From assembly GCA_024654305.1 (NCBI GenBank), contig JANLIU010000014.1, forward strand, positions 1 to 42,383: a stretch of 42,383 nucleotides of DNA. Reading direction: 5' to 3'. Below the pieces are notes generated by a model that was not told where the DNA came from, made no database searches, and saw only the letters and a list, made by a program, of their open reading frames with translations. The position numbers and the translations under genes are program-made. Positions 32,578 through 40,919 of this stretch are shown piece after piece; position 1 is the stretch's first letter; the number at the start of each line of letters is the position of its first letter. Source of the stretch: Candidatus Parcubacteria bacterium. Its GTDB lineage: Bacteria; Patescibacteriota; Minisyncoccia; Phycocordibacterales; Phycocordibacteraceae.

Positions 32578-32985
32578 ATGAGCTACCACACCAACATAAT
32601 CAAAGATACGCAAACGAATGACAATTTCAGGCAGGTCATGTTTACCGGGAAGAATAGCCAGCTCGTCATCATGAGCATTCCGCCCGGTGGGGAAGTCGGA
32701 AGAGAGACCCACAAATACACCGAGCAGACGCTCTTCTTTCTTTCAGGAGTCGGCGAGGGAGAATTTGACGGGAAAAAGTTCCCCATTGTTCAGGGCGATG
32801 TTGCGGTCGTCGTTCCCGGCACTGAGCACAATTTTGTGAACACCGGTACGGAACCTCTGAAAATTTACACCGTCTACGCCCCACCGAATCACCTCGATGG
32901 TCGCGTACACGCCACGAAGGCCGCTGCCGATGCCGATACGGCTGACGAGGCTGTTGGCGAAGTACCACCGGCTTGTATCAAATGA
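32578..32985 (+). CDS. Cupin_2 domain protein
   Basis: The start MSYHTNII is at ATG 32578. GGEVGRETHKYTEQTLFFLSG..VVVPGTEHNFVNTG is the two-motif cupin signature. The stop overlaps the sortase start in an ATGA. Confidence 0.7.
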   Translation: MSYHTNIIKDTQTNDNFRQVMFTGKNSQLVIMSIPPGGEVGRETHKYTEQTLFFLSGVGEGEFDGKKFPIVQGDVAVVVPGTEHNFVNTGTEPLKIYTVYAPPNHLDGRVHATKAAADADTADEAVGEVPPACIK

Positions 32986-33569
32986 ATTTTCCGAAGCAGG
33001 TGTCTACATTGGCATGGCTTATCGGAGGCGCACTGTTGGTTGCGTTCTCTATAATAGTCATCTTTCTGCCAGATACTACAGCAATCGGTTCCGCGGGAAT
33101 CGCCGCTGTTACGGGGCAAGCGACTTCCTCGCTACCGGTTCGTCTTAAAATTCCGGCGATACAGGTTGACGCCGCAGTTTTACCGATTGGTCTTGACTCT
33201 GGCGGCGCAATGGATGTGCCGAAGGGTCCTGTGGACGTGGCATGGTTCGACAAAGGCCCTCGTCCCGGAGAGAACGGCAGCGCCGTAATCGCCGGACATT
33301 TCGGTTGGAAGGAAAACATCCCTGCCGTTTTTGATGACTTATCCTCACTGCGGAAGGGCGACAAGATATATGTCGAAAATGATACAGGAGAAATAACTAC
33401 GTTCGTGGTGCGCGAATCACGGCTGTTCGGCGAGCAAGGGAATGCCGCGGAGGTGTTCAGCTCAAGCGACGGCAAGGCGCATCTCAACCTCATTACTTGC
33501 GAAGGAGTCTGGAACAAAGAGACAAAAAGTTATTCGGAGCGGCTGGTGGTGTTTGCGGATAAGGAATAG
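32982..33569 (+). CDS. Sortase family transpeptidase
   Basis: It has an N-terminal TM anchor. Catalytic His is in SAVIAGHFG, Cys in HLNLITCEG (TLxTC-type), and Arg in SERLVVFA. It lies directly downstream of two LPNxG-bearing proteins. Confidence 0.8.
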   Translation: MNFPKQVSTLAWLIGGALLVAFSIIVIFLPDTTAIGSAGIAAVTGQATSSLPVRLKIPAIQVDAAVLPIGLDSGGAMDVPKGPVDVAWFDKGPRPGENGSAVIAGHFGWKENIPAVFDDLSSLRKGDKIYVENDTGEITTFVVRESRLFGEQGNAAEVFSSSDGKAHLNLITCEGVWNKETKSYSERLVVFADKE

Positions 33570-33611
33570 TGCCCTTTTTCGGCCACCGATTGTGTGATAG
33601 AAAGGAAATAC

Positions 33612-33684
33612 GCCGCCCTAGCTCAGTTGGTAGAGCACGTCATTCGTAATGACGGGGTCCTCGGTTCAATCCCGAGGGGCGGCT
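33612..33684 (+). tRNA. tRNA-Thr (anticodon CGU)
   Basis: Acceptor GCCGCCC/GGGCGGC, D arm TAGCTCAGTTGGTAGAGCA, anticodon stem-loop CGTCA-TTCGTAA-TGACG, T arm CTCGG-TTCAATC-CCGAG, discriminator T. CCA is not encoded. Confidence 0.9.
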
Positions 33685-33714
33685 CAAAAATTAAGCAGTG
33701 TTATACTCGCCCGT

Positions 33715-34590
33715 ATGGACGAGAAGGGAAAACGTCTGCAAGAACTCGAAGCGATGATGGCGTCGCCCGATTTCTGGGCGGACAAAAACAAAGCGCAGGA
33801 GCTCGTGCAGGAATACCAAAGTCTGAAAGAAGGCGGCACCGGCGACCCGCACGATTCAGGGAATGCGACGCTCGCCATACTCGCCGGCGCAGGCGGTGAC
33901 GATGCGGAGGACTTCGCGCGCATGCTCCGGCGGATGTACGAAGGCTACGCCAGCAAGAAGGGCTGGCGTGCGCGTGAGCTCCACGCGAACGAAAACAATC
34001 AGGGCGGGTACAGGAACGTGATGCTAGAAATCTCAGGTGCAAATGCATATGGTCGCTTGAAGCACGAAGCGGGCGTGCATCGCCTTGTGCGCCAATCGCC
34101 CTTCAACGCGAACGCAAAGCGACAAACGAGTTTTGCGCTTGTCGAAGTGTTGCCGACTCTCGTTCCGACCGACAAGGTAGAGCTCAAACCGGACGACCTT
34201 GAAATACAGTTCGCGCGCGCCGGAGGCGCGGGCGGCCAGAACGTGAACAAGCGCGAGACCGCCGTGCGCATCCTGCATAAACCGACTAATCTTTCCGTAC
34301 ACATTTCCAGCGAGCGTAGCCAGCTCGCGAATCGTGAGAAAGCGATGGAACTCCTCAAAGCGAAGATTTTTGCAAAAGAAGAGTCAGAACGCCTCGCGAC
34401 AGCGAAAGGCCGCAGCATCGCCGCGACCACCGCCAACGAATGGGGAAGCCAGATACGCTCCTACGTCCTCCACCCCTACAAGATGGTCAAGGACCACCGC
34501 ACGGAGTACGAGTCCAGCAATCCCGAAAAAGTCCTCGGTGGCGATTTGGACGAATTCATTGACGCGTCGGAGAAAGCGGGTTCTGCATAA
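33715..34590 (+). CDS. prfB: Peptide chain release factor 2 (short form, no programmed frameshift)
   Basis: The start MDEKGKRLQELE is at ATG 33715; the track start at 33649 would overlap tRNA-Thr. It has the SPF tripeptide (VRQSPFNA), the GGQ motif (AGGAGGQNVNK) and WGSQIRSYVLHPY. It is 291 aa, versus about 365 aa for E. coli RF2. Confidence 0.85.
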   Translation: MDEKGKRLQELEAMMASPDFWADKNKAQELVQEYQSLKEGGTGDPHDSGNATLAILAGAGGDDAEDFARMLRRMYEGYASKKGWRARELHANENNQGGYRNVMLEISGANAYGRLKHEAGVHRLVRQSPFNANAKRQTSFALVEVLPTLVPTDKVELKPDDLEIQFARAGGAGGQNVNKRETAVRILHKPTNLSVHISSERSQLANREKAMELLKAKIFAKEESERLATAKGRSIAATTANEWGSQIRSYVLHPYKMVKDHRTEYESSNPEKVLGGDLDEFIDASEKAGSA

Positions 34591-34671
34591 CGGATATCCC
34601 CAGCTCGGATAGGCGAGATATGCGGTTTTCTGGACGGAAAGGAAGGAACTAGGGTACAATAGAACCCGAGC

Positions 34672-35349
34672 ATGATTTATTTCGACAAGGTGACGAAGCG
34701 ATATGGGGACATGGCGGCACTGGAAGAAGTCACACTCTCCGTCGCCCCCAAAGAATTCGTCTCCATCGTCGGCCACTCGGGCGCGGGGAAGACAACACTT
34801 CTGAAACTTCTCCTCGCTGAAGAGCGTCCTACTGACGGCTCTGTTTTTTTTGAATCCATCGACATCAACGACCTGCCAAGTTCGGCGTTGCACCACTACC
34901 GCCGGAAGATAGGCATGGTCTTCCAGGATTTCCGCCTTATCCCGAACAAGACTGCGTATGAGAACATTGCCTTTGCGATGGAAGCTGCCGGTCGCTCGGA
35001 TGATGAAATTAGAAGCGATGTGCCATATATCCTTGAGCTCGTAAACCTCGCCGATAAGTCCAGACATTTCCCCGACCAGCTCTCGGGCGGAGAGAAGCAG
35101 CGCATCGCCATCGGCCGCGCCATCATCAATCAGCCGGAGCTCATCGTTGCCGATGAGCCGACGGGGAATCTCGACCCAATCAACACCTACGAGATAGTGG
35201 AAATTTTGAAGAAAATAAACGAACTCGGCACGACCATCATTATCACGACGCATAATAAAGGCGTCGTGGACGCCATCGGCAAGCGTGTGGTCACCATCGA
35301 CCGCGGCAAGCTGGTGCGCGACGATGCGGATGGGAAATACATATTATAG
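34672..35349 (+). CDS. ftsE: Cell-division ABC ATPase FtsE
   Basis: 225 aa. Walker A GHSGAGKTT, signature LSGGEKQR, Walker B LIVADEPT. It is immediately followed by ftsX. Confidence 0.85.
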   Translation: MIYFDKVTKRYGDMAALEEVTLSVAPKEFVSIVGHSGAGKTTLLKLLLAEERPTDGSVFFESIDINDLPSSALHHYRRKIGMVFQDFRLIPNKTAYENIAFAMEAAGRSDDEIRSDVPYILELVNLADKSRHFPDQLSGGEKQRIAIGRAIINQPELIVADEPTGNLDPINTYEIVEILKKINELGTTIIITTHNKGVVDAIGKRVVTIDRGKLVRDDADGKYIL

Positions 35350-35367
35350 TTGTACTATGAAGACACT

Positions 35368-36294
35368 ATGAACTGGATGGTCATTAAACGAGTGCTCGTG
35401 AGCGGCGGAAAAAATTTCGCCCGCGGCGGCGCCGTCTCCGCGGCGACCGTGCTCATCATGACCGTGACGCTTGCTATCATCGGTTCCCTTATTTTCCTCT
35501 CCGCACTCCTCACCTACACGCTCGCGGCGGTGAGTGAAAAAGTCGACGTCTCTGTCTACTTCGTCACCACCGCGAGCGAGACTGATATCTTCGCGGTGAA
35601 GGACCAGCTTGAGAAACTCCCGCAGGTCGCACAAGTCACCTACACCTCCGCGGATGATGCGCTCGTGGCATTCCGCGCGCGCCACGCGAGCGATCAGCTC
35701 ACGCTCCAAGCACTGAACGAACTCGGCGGGAACCCGCTCGACGCCTCGCTCGAGGTGCGCGCGAAAGATCCGTCCCAATACGAAAGCATTGTGAAATTCC
35801 TCGAGGCATCGCCGGCTCTCTCCACCGGCGGCACTTCCATCGTTGACCGCATCAATTATGCACAAAACAAAGAAGTCATTGACCGCCTTTCGCTCGCCAT
35901 ACAGGCGACCCGCGAGATTGGTTTCGCCATCGTCATTCTCTTCGCCATCGCTTCCATCCTCATCGCTTTCGCGACCGTCCGGCTCGCCATCTACACCGCC
36001 AAGGATGAAATAGCTGTGATGCGCCTCGTAGGCGCCTCCAATAACTATATTCAGGGCCCGTTCGTCGTCACCGGTGTTATTACCGGCATAGCCGCCGCCA
36101 CACTCGTCCTGCTTCTTTTATGGCCGGCGACGTGGTATGCGGGGACGAAAACGGAGGGGTGGTTCGGCGGATTCAATATCGCGTGGTATTACGCGGACAA
36201 TTTCGCCTTCATATTTCTCATACTGATGTGTTCCGGTCTTGCGCTCGGTGCCATCGCTTCCGTGTTCGCTATTCGTAGATATCTCAAAGTATGA
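35368..36294 (+). CDS. ftsX: Cell-division permease-like protein FtsX
   Basis: Topology is TM1, a large extracytoplasmic loop, then three C-terminal TM helices. The block VMRLVGASNNYIQGPF is typical of FtsX. I chose the ATG at 35368 over the TTG at 35350. Confidence 0.8.
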   Translation: MNWMVIKRVLVSGGKNFARGGAVSAATVLIMTVTLAIIGSLIFLSALLTYTLAAVSEKVDVSVYFVTTASETDIFAVKDQLEKLPQVAQVTYTSADDALVAFRARHASDQLTLQALNELGGNPLDASLEVRAKDPSQYESIVKFLEASPALSTGGTSIVDRINYAQNKEVIDRLSLAIQATREIGFAIVILFAIASILIAFATVRLAIYTAKDEIAVMRLVGASNNYIQGPFVVTGVITGIAAATLVLLLLWPATWYAGTKTEGWFGGFNIAWYYADNFAFIFLILMCSGLALGAIASVFAIRRYLKV

Positions 36295-36420
36295 AATCCG
36301 TTCAAAAAATACAGAGGCAAGGCGCGGGAGAACGAGCGACAGAGACGTACGTGGCGGTACGTCGACGGAGCGAGTTTGGACCCGCAACGCAGCATATGAA
36401 GTTTTTGGGCGGATTTTGAT

Positions 36421-38079
36421 ATGGCGAAGGAGGGTCACAAATACATATTCGTGCTGGGCGGGGTAATGAGCGGCGTCGGCAAAGGTGTCGTCACCAGTTC
36501 TATCGGCCTTCTGCTCCAACAGAAGGGGTATCCGGTGAATCTGGTGAAGGTGGACCCGTATCTGAACGTGGACGCAGGCACGATGAATCCGACCGAGCAT
36601 GGCGAGGTGTTCGTGCTCCGGAGCGGGCTCGAAACCGACCAGGATATGGGCAACTACGAACGCTTTCTCGGTCGTGACCTGACGAATGAGGATTACATGA
36701 CGAGCGGTATGGTGTATCAGTCGGTCATTGCGCGCGAACGTTCGCTCGGGTACCACGGCAAGTTTGTTGAGGCCATCCCGCATGTGCGGGATGAAATTAT
36801 TGACCGAATGGAGGCCGCGGCTTCCTACAACGGAAGCCGCGTGTCGGTGATTGAAATCGGCGGCACCATCGGCGACTTCCAGAACGCGCTCTTTATCGAG
36901 GCGGCGCGGGTGATGAAGATGAAGCACCCCGAGGACGTTCTCTTCGTGATTGTGTCGTATCTGCCGGTGCCGGGGACCATAGGCGAGATGAAGACCAAGC
37001 CGACGCAGACAGCGGTGCGCGACTTGAACAGCTACGGCGTCCAGCCGGACTTTCTCGTTGCGCGCTCCACTCACGCGCTTGATGACAAGAGGAAGGAAAA
37101 ATTGGCGATTTGGTGCAATATCCGCAAGGAACATGTCATCTCCGCGCCGGACATTGAGAGCATCTATGAGGCGCCGCTCAACTTTGAGAAAGACAAGCTC
37201 GGCGATGCGATACTCGATGCGCTTCATCTACCGGAGAAACGTAGGGCAAGTCTCGCCGTGTGGAAGAAATTTGTGAAATCAGCAACGAACAAGAAGGCGT
37301 TAGAGGTGAACATCGCCATCGTTGGGAAATATTTTGATACGGGCGACTTCGTCCTCGCCGATGCGTACCTCTCGGTCATCGAGGCAATCAAGTTCTCAGC
37401 GGCGAAGCTGAATCGTCACGCATTGATCACCTGGGTAAATTCCAAAGACCTTGAGAAGGGCGGCGCGAAGGCCGTCGCGATGCTTGCGAAGTATCACGGC
37501 ATTATCGTGCCGGGCGGTTTCGGCGAGAGCGGTATTGAGGGAAAGATCAAGGCGATACAATTCGCGCGCGAGAAGAAGATACCGTATTTCGGACTCTGCT
37601 ACGGCATGCAACTCATGGTCATTGAGTATGCGCGGAATGTCTTGAAACTCAAGAACGCGCACACGACCGAAATTCAGAAAAATTCCGAGGACCCGGTGGT
37701 GGATGTCATGCTCGAGCAGAAAAAGCATCTCGCCGACAATAAATACGGCGGCACGATGCGTCTCGGTTCGTATCCGGCGTACCTCAAGAAGGGGACGATG
37801 GCGCGCGCGGCCTACAAGAAAGAGCTGGTGGAAGAGCGCCACCGCCATCGCTACGAGATAAATTCAAAATATGTGAAGCCGCTTGAAGAAGCCGGGCTCG
37901 TCTTCTCGGGCACCTCTCCCGACGGCGTGTTGATGGAGATAGCCGAGCTCCCGCGCTCGGTGCATCCCTTCATGCTCGGTACGCAATTCCACCCAGAGTT
38001 CCAGGCGCGCCCGCTTGCTCCACATCCTCTCTTTACCGAATTTCTCCGCGCCGCCATTTCCCGCAAGCGAAAGAAATAA
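36421..38079 (+). CDS. pyrG: CTP synthase
   Basis: 552 aa. N-terminal KYIFVLGGVMSGVGKG and DPYLNVDAGTMNP. The glutaminase domain has GLCYGMQ (Cys nucleophile), HRHRYE and QFHPEF. Confidence 0.92.
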   Translation: MAKEGHKYIFVLGGVMSGVGKGVVTSSIGLLLQQKGYPVNLVKVDPYLNVDAGTMNPTEHGEVFVLRSGLETDQDMGNYERFLGRDLTNEDYMTSGMVYQSVIARERSLGYHGKFVEAIPHVRDEIIDRMEAAASYNGSRVSVIEIGGTIGDFQNALFIEAARVMKMKHPEDVLFVIVSYLPVPGTIGEMKTKPTQTAVRDLNSYGVQPDFLVARSTHALDDKRKEKLAIWCNIRKEHVISAPDIESIYEAPLNFEKDKLGDAILDALHLPEKRRASLAVWKKFVKSATNKKALEVNIAIVGKYFDTGDFVLADAYLSVIEAIKFSAAKLNRHALITWVNSKDLEKGGAKAVAMLAKYHGIIVPGGFGESGIEGKIKAIQFAREKKIPYFGLCYGMQLMVIEYARNVLKLKNAHTTEIQKNSEDPVVDVMLEQKKHLADNKYGGTMRLGSYPAYLKKGTMARAAYKKELVEERHRHRYEINSKYVKPLEEAGLVFSGTSPDGVLMEIAELPRSVHPFMLGTQFHPEFQARPLAPHPLFTEFLRAAISRKRKK

Positions 38080-38081
38080 AA

Positions 38082-38107
38082 AGTCGGACATCGGATGTTC
38101 GACTTTT
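38082..38107 (+). terminator. Rho-independent terminator after pyrG
   Basis: AGTCGGACAT-cgg-ATGTTCGACT (one G.U pair) followed by TTT, starting 3 nt after the stop codon. Confidence 0.6.
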
Positions 38108-38267
38108 AGGAAAGGATGCGGCGGATGTTTTCGGTCAAGAGATCTACTTCTTTGAAGAATCCTTTTAGGACACGCCGTGTCCTAATTTCAATTAGTGGTG
38201 CCCATTGCGCGCGGTGGTATAATTCTCCCCGAGAGAGCGGGTGTTTAGCAACTAACATATCCAATAT

Positions 38268-39053
38268 ATGCGTACACTTAAAACTATAGGAATTGTCAGT
38301 GCCGCCGCGGCAGTTCTGCTTTCGGGAACCGTTGCCTTTGCGGAAGGGCAAACGACGAGCACGTCGCGCGAGAACCAGAAAAGTGAGAATCGCGCAATGA
38401 CCGCGACGACAACGTGGGGCGAAAAGGGCGACTATCGCGCGATGATGGCATCGTCATCGCAAGAGCGCATGCAGGCGATGCGCGATGCCGCACAAGTGCG
38501 CATGACGACGCTGAAAGAAAAGATGACAAAGCGTGTTTCAGACATTGAAGACAAGGTGAAGCAAGAGGCGGCAAAGAACATTGCCGGTCAATTTGAAAAT
38601 CTCAACAATGTTTGGACCGACAAGTTCATGAATCAGCTGGATCGCTATGTCACCATCGTGCAGAAGATGCAGGCTCGCTCGGCTATCGCCGCAAGTACCG
38701 GCAAGGATATGACAGCGGCAAATGCGGCCATCCAGTCCGCGTTGACGGCACTTGCAACCGCGAAAGCGGATGTGGTTGCGCAGGGGGCGAAGACCTACGT
38801 CGTTGATACATCGGCGTTCCCGACTGTCTCGACGACTACCCCAAGCGGTCAGACGAAGATACTGCAGGAGTTCCGCAAGTCATTCCAGACCCTGCACACG
38901 ACGCTCTTCAAGGACCTATTCGCACTCCGCGATGGAGTGATGAAGGATGCCCGCACCGCAGTGCAATCCGCGCTTCAGGCGCTCGGGCAGGTTCCTGGAG
39001 TCGATGAGGACAACAACAATGCAACTTCGACCGAGAAGAAGTCGAACCAATAA
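38268..39053 (+). CDS. Hypothetical secreted protein (alpha-helical, Ala/Lys/Gln/Thr-rich)
   Basis: Signal peptide MRTLKTIGIVSAAAAVLLSGTVAFA. I recognise no motifs. Confidence 0.5.
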   Translation: MRTLKTIGIVSAAAAVLLSGTVAFAEGQTTSTSRENQKSENRAMTATTTWGEKGDYRAMMASSSQERMQAMRDAAQVRMTTLKEKMTKRVSDIEDKVKQEAAKNIAGQFENLNNVWTDKFMNQLDRYVTIVQKMQARSAIAASTGKDMTAANAAIQSALTALATAKADVVAQGAKTYVVDTSAFPTVSTTTPSGQTKILQEFRKSFQTLHTTLFKDLFALRDGVMKDARTAVQSALQALGQVPGVDEDNNNATSTEKKSNQ

Positions 39054-39071
39054 TCTCTAACTGAAAGCACT

Positions 39072-39317
39072 ATGGACCAAACTACAAATTCTTCAAACAC
39101 AATGTGGTACACCGTCGGCGCGGTTGTCGTCATTGCGCTCGGCTTCTGGTACTTCTACGGAAGCACGGCACCGACACCCGGCGTACAGCCCACCGCTGTC
39201 TCGCAGTCGGCAAACACCACTGCTGCCATCGCGAACGACCTCAATGCGGTACCGGATGTCTCGGCAGAACTCACTACAGACCAAGCCGCTTCCGCCCAAA
39301 CCGTTTCAGGGTTTTGA
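39072..39317 (+). CDS. Hypothetical small membrane-anchored protein
   Basis: 81 aa with one TM helix (WYTVGAVVVIALGFWYFY) and a low-complexity tail. Confidence 0.4.
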   Translation: MDQTTNSSNTMWYTVGAVVVIALGFWYFYGSTAPTPGVQPTAVSQSANTTAAIANDLNAVPDVSAELTTDQAASAQTVSGF

Positions 39318-39328
39318 GGAGTACAAGC

Positions 39329-39368
39329 AAAACGAAAAATCGCCGGCTCTCCGGCGATTTTTCGTTTT
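39329..39368. terminator. Bidirectional rho-independent terminator between convergent genes
   Basis: AAAACGAAAAATCGCCGG-ctct-CCGGCGATTTTTCGTTTT forms a perfect 18-bp stem with A/T runs on both sides. Confidence 0.8.
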
Positions 39369-39374
39369 CCCCAT

Positions 39375-39521
39375 TTAGAGTGGCTGTCCTCGAATGACGC
39401 GAACCAAGACCATAACGATGGCGATAACCAGTAGAATGTGGATAAAACCGCCGATGGTGTAGGAAGTCACGATGCCCAAAAGCCACAAGAGGATTAGAAC
39501 AACTGAGATGGTGTACAGCAT
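39375..39521 (-). CDS. lmo0937-family small membrane protein (48 aa)
   Basis: Absent from the ORF track because it is under 60 aa. The reverse strand gives MLYTISVVLILLWLLGIVTSYTIGGFIHILLVIAIVMVLVRVIRGQPL, which matches the lmo0937/DUF5670 pattern (..LLWLLG....GG.IH.LLVIA....I.R.I.GR). Confidence 0.7.
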   Translation of the reverse strand: MLYTISVVLILLWLLGIVTSYTIGGFIHILLVIAIVMVLVRVIRGQPL

Positions 39522-39581
39522 AAGGTTAGATTAGTAGTAAATCTCAATTCAGCATAGCATTATACATCGCCCTAGTATCGA

Positions 39582-40226
39582 CTACGGATAATTTCTTCCG
39601 TCTCCGGTGATAGGTATCGTATCGCCGAGGAATTTCGGCCTCGTATGAAAGAAAAGGTCAAATGCGGCTTTCTCATCGGAAAAAACTTCACGGAAATAAT
39701 TGTGAAAAAGAATATGACCGACATCGGTGTTGACCCCGTATGCTTGTATCCCAAGCCGGCGCGCGATAAAAACTGCGCGAGGCAAGTGGAATGACTGCGT
39801 CGTGATGAGGACGGACGAAACGCCGAAGATGTCGCGCGCGCGATACATGGTGCTGTACGTATCGAAGCCCGCGTGGTCGAGGAAAATGTCTGCATCTGGA
39901 ATACCCTTACTCAAAAGATACAGACGGACCGGATTCACTTCATTGTGACTGAGCGTACTGTTGTCGCCGGAGACGAGTATCTTCGATACCTTTCCCGCTT
40001 TATAGAGTTCGATAGCCGTGTCCACGCGGTCTATGAAAATGGGGGAGGGTTTGCCATTCGCGAGTATCGCCGCTCCGGGAATGAGCGCCACTTGGGCGCT
40101 CGGAGCATCCGCGGCGCTGGCGTATATATACGGCCGTGTCGCCACATGGAAAATCATATTGACGGCAATGATGAAAGTTACCAAGAGCCCGAGACCCCAT
40201 GCGATAAAATATAAAACGCGCTTCAT
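39582..40226 (-). CDS. SanA/YdcF-type DUF218 protein
   Basis: 214 aa with an N-terminal TM helix. ALIPGAAI..IDRVDTAIELYKAGKVSKILVSGDN..NEV..DHAGFDTYSTMYRA is the SanA/DUF218 signature. Confidence 0.75.
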   Translation of the reverse strand: MKRVLYFIAWGLGLLVTFIIAVNMIFHVATRPYIYASAADAPSAQVALIPGAAILANGKPSPIFIDRVDTAIELYKAGKVSKILVSGDNSTLSHNEVNPVRLYLLSKGIPDADIFLDHAGFDTYSTMYRARDIFGVSSVLITTQSFHLPRAVFIARRLGIQAYGVNTDVGHILFHNYFREVFSDEKAAFDLFFHTRPKFLGDTIPITGDGRNYP

Positions 40227-40260
40227 CCCCCGAGTATACGCTTATTTGCTGTCTGCCCGG

Positions 40261-40878
40261 TTAGTGGGAGGCTAGCGCCACTGCGTCTCCTTGAGGCGCG
40301 GGACGAATGTCGATTATTTTCTTCTTCCAGGCTTTGAGGAAGGCTTCCTTCGATATGGACAGCTCTCCCGACTTAGCCGCCGGATCGTTGTAATAGATTC
40401 GGTCGCCTTGAATACCATTCAACACGACGAGGTGCGGAATGGTACTTTTGGGGTCGAATTTGTAATGAACGGAGGCTATAACCGGACCGCTCTTCAAGTG
40501 TTGTGAAAGCGCGGCGTAGGCGGCCTCTGAGTCGAGCGAAGTGAGATTGTAGTATGCGCCGTCGAGACCGTAGTGCCTCGAAAGGCCGATAAGGCCGGCA
40601 TAAATCCAACCCGCGTCGTAGTTATATGCGCCCGCGGCGATGCCTTGCTTGAGGAGGGCATTCGCCGAGACGGCGTTAGGCTTATAGAAATCGATAATCA
40701 TCGCGAGGCTCGCGATGCCGCAGCCAACCTTCTGCCATTTGGGCGAGTCGATGTCCCGAAACTGCGAGAAAAACGGGACACTAGTGAGAGCTGAACTTGT
40801 TGCGCTCGTCGGTGTAGAGACGCTCGCCTCCACAGAGCCCGGGAGTGCCATAAGGCTCATAATGAGCAGAAGTATCAC
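40261..40878 (-). CDS. C39-like cysteine peptidase domain protein (Peptidase_C39_2), secreted
   Basis: It has a signal peptide. VPFFSQ..WQKVGCGIASLAMII carries the nucleophile Cys in a GCG context, and a His is present later (IPHLVVL). Confidence 0.6.
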   Translation of the reverse strand: MILLLIMSLMALPGSVEASVSTPTSATSSALTSVPFFSQFRDIDSPKWQKVGCGIASLAMIIDFYKPNAVSANALLKQGIAAGAYNYDAGWIYAGLIGLSRHYGLDGAYYNLTSLDSEAAYAALSQHLKSGPVIASVHYKFDPKSTIPHLVVLNGIQGDRIYYNDPAAKSGELSISKEAFLKAWKKKIIDIRPAPQGDAVALASH

Positions 40879-40919
40879 CTGGCAAGTATCCCAGAGACGG
40901 CGGTTCTTAGCAACTTCTC

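Noticed and set aside
33649-33714. Upstream start for prfB (track ORF 33649-34590)
   Set aside because: It would overlap tRNA-Thr(CGU) (33612-33684). The ATG at 33715 begins the recognisable RF2 sequence.
33715-34590. Programmed +1 frameshift site (CTT TGA C) in prfB
   Set aside because: I looked for it and found neither an in-frame TGA nor a CTTTGAC motif in the 5' part of the gene. The ORF is continuous.
34384-35253. 289-aa minus-strand ORF
   Set aside because: It is antisense to prfB and ftsE, both of which have clear motifs (GGQ/SPF and Walker A/B). It is a shadow ORF.
36118-37227. 369-aa minus-strand ORF
   Set aside because: It is antisense to ftsX and pyrG. It has no recognisable motifs and Arg/His-rich shadow-frame composition. 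pyrG on the plus strand is certain.
38106-38351. 81-aa minus-strand ORF between pyrG and the secreted-protein gene
   Set aside because: It overlaps the pyrG terminator and the 5' end of the better-supported plus-strand gene, which has a signal peptide. It has no RBS or motifs.
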